Shown here one piece after another: positions 62,431-64,000 of a DNA stretch of 64,000 nt (the first letter of the stretch is position 1; the number at the start of each line of letters is the position of its first letter). The translations under genes and the position numbers were made by a program. Source of the DNA: Phaeosaccion multiseriatum (taxonomy: Eukaryota; Protista; Ochrophyta, other classes). The notes under the pieces are model-generated. The model did not search any database. It was not told where the DNA came from and saw only the letters and a list, made by a program, of their open reading frames with translations. The stretch is from the NCBI GenBank assembly GCA_965112735.1, contig OZ218950.1, forward strand, positions 5,828,001-5,892,000, written 5' to 3'.

Positions 62431-63972
62431 TCACGCCTTCCCATACTTTGCCAGGTATCCCTCATGCGCCCTCTCCAGATTGTCCAGCAACGCGGGCATT
62501 AAGTCCTCCGAGGGGAGAAACGTGGTGCGGTAGTGGAAAGTGCCCTCCACCTGTCCGAAGCCCGTCCCGGGTACCAAAATAATGCCCGTCTTTTCGAGTA
62601 TCCACATGCAGTAGTGCTCGTCCACCGGTACACCCTCTTCCTTCGCAGCGGCGATGGCCCCTGCCGGCAGATGGAGGCACGGGAAGGCATACATTGAGCC
62701 CTGCGAGGGTTGGCACACCACCCCCTCCAATCGGTTGAGGCGCAGGGTGAGCAGTTCGGATTTGCGCTTTAGACTCGACAAAATCTCGTCCCGTTCTTTG
62801 AGGTACGTGTGCTGCAAGGGATTGAGTTCCGCCCCTCCTCCTCCTCCTCCTCCTCCTCCTCCTCCTCCTCCTCCTCCTCCTCCTCCTGATCGAGCCTGGT
62901 GCCACTCCTCCTGCTGGCGCTTGGACACGGGGGGGTTGACCATGAGCCCGGTGAGGATCTGACCGGGGGTGCTGCTGCAGAGGTTGGTGGACAGCAGCTT
63001 TAGCACCTGTTCGTGGATGGAAGAAGGTACGCCACACAGCTGTTGGGAGGAAGGAAGGAAGGGAGGGAAGGAGGGACAGAGAGGCAGAGAGGGGGGGAGG
63101 GAGGGAGGGAGGGAGGGAGAGAAGGGGGGGGGGTTAGTGGGTGTGGCACGGTTTGATTTGATTGAACATTGATAGCGCGTGCCCCAAGTAGAAAGTTGTG
63201 TGAAGTTTGAGGAGTCGGTCATACAAAAGCGTGAAAGCGTCGACGGTGCCGCCAACCCAAACCACAGTGGCAGTGGTGGACGTGAACGACCCATTCATTC
63301 GGGGCACAGTCAAGCAGACAGCAGCAAGATACGGGAGGGGGCGGGGGGAGGGGCGAGAGACGGAGAGAAGGAGCACCTATCTGTCTCATAGTGGCTGAGT
63401 TCGACTACTCCACTCCACCCCTCTCTCCTCTCGTCTCTTTCAATCATCTCCACGGATCTCCTCTCCCTCTCACCCCCACGCATACCCCCCCCCCACTCCT
63501 CTCCTCTCTCTCTCTCTTCTCCCTCCCTCCACCCCCTCCCACTCCTCTCCTTCTCTCTCTCTCTCTCATCTCCCTCCCTCCACCCCCTCCCACTCCTCTC
63601 CTTCTCTCTCTCTCTCTTCTCCCTCCCTCCACCCCCTCCCGCTCCTCTCCTTCTCTCTCTCTCTCTCATCTCCCTCCCTCCACCCCCTCCCACTCCTCTC
63701 CTTCTCTCTCTCTCTCATCTCCCTCCCTCCACCCCCTCCCTCCCTCCCTCTCTCTCACACACATATCCCTCACCCACCTCCATATACCCCCCGCGGAAAC
63801 CGCACTCCCCGACAAAGCCCTTGCTGGTGCTGTGCAGAGAGGCGAGGGCGAGGCGTGTGTCATCGGCCGATTCGAGGTAGCCGAGGTCCCGGGCCACCTT
63901 CTTGAAACTCACAAAGGGCCTCTCCTCGGGCTGCCAAATGTTCTCCTGGTACACTTCATCGGCCATGAGCAG
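62431..63972 (-). CDS. alanine aminotransferase (PLP-dependent class I), last two exons
   Basis: [33 protein letters not shown] (PLP lysine), QGSMYAFP and [25 protein letters not shown]. Exons 63972-63778 and 63039-62431. Confidence 0.95.
63490..63755. repeat. ~50-bp C/T-rich intronic minisatellite, ~5 copies
   Basis: ACCCCCTCCC anchor recurs at 63531, 63582, 63631, 63682 and 63731. Confidence 0.9.
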
Positions 63973-64000
63973 CTGCGTGTGCGTGTGTGCGTGTGTGTTG

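Overview
Gene-dense, intron-rich eukaryotic DNA whose introns are filled with micro- and minisatellites. It is probably an ochrophyte/stramenopile alga with a flagellated stage (inferred from a PPR protein with a signal-peptide + 'AF' presequence and from ciliary genes). About 15 protein genes can be reconstructed: NRF-6/OACYL-like acyltransferase (partial), TPR protein with C-terminal TM, small acidic membrane protein, coiled-coil protein, AKAP17A-like, ZNF598/Hel2-like RING E3 with extra R3H and RanBP2-type fingers, intronless truncated-globin-like protein, ARM/HEAT-like protein, UVRAG/Vps38-like, PPR protein, HET(TIR-like)-MORN-CaaX protein, multi-EF-hand (CFAP115-like) protein, CYB5D1, LITAF-domain protein and alanine aminotransferase (partial). 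Most long ORFs in the supplied track are microsatellite or antisense artefacts. The main candidates for novelty are: (1) two inversely oriented MITEs with perfect, co-varying 20-bp TIRs ending in TCGA that bracket the window's only intronless gene; (2) a predicted prenylated HET-domain/MORN-repeat fusion, a candidate membrane-anchored immune or cell-death protein; (3) polarised, mutually complementary simple repeats at intron ends. All homology calls are from motif recognition, not database searches.
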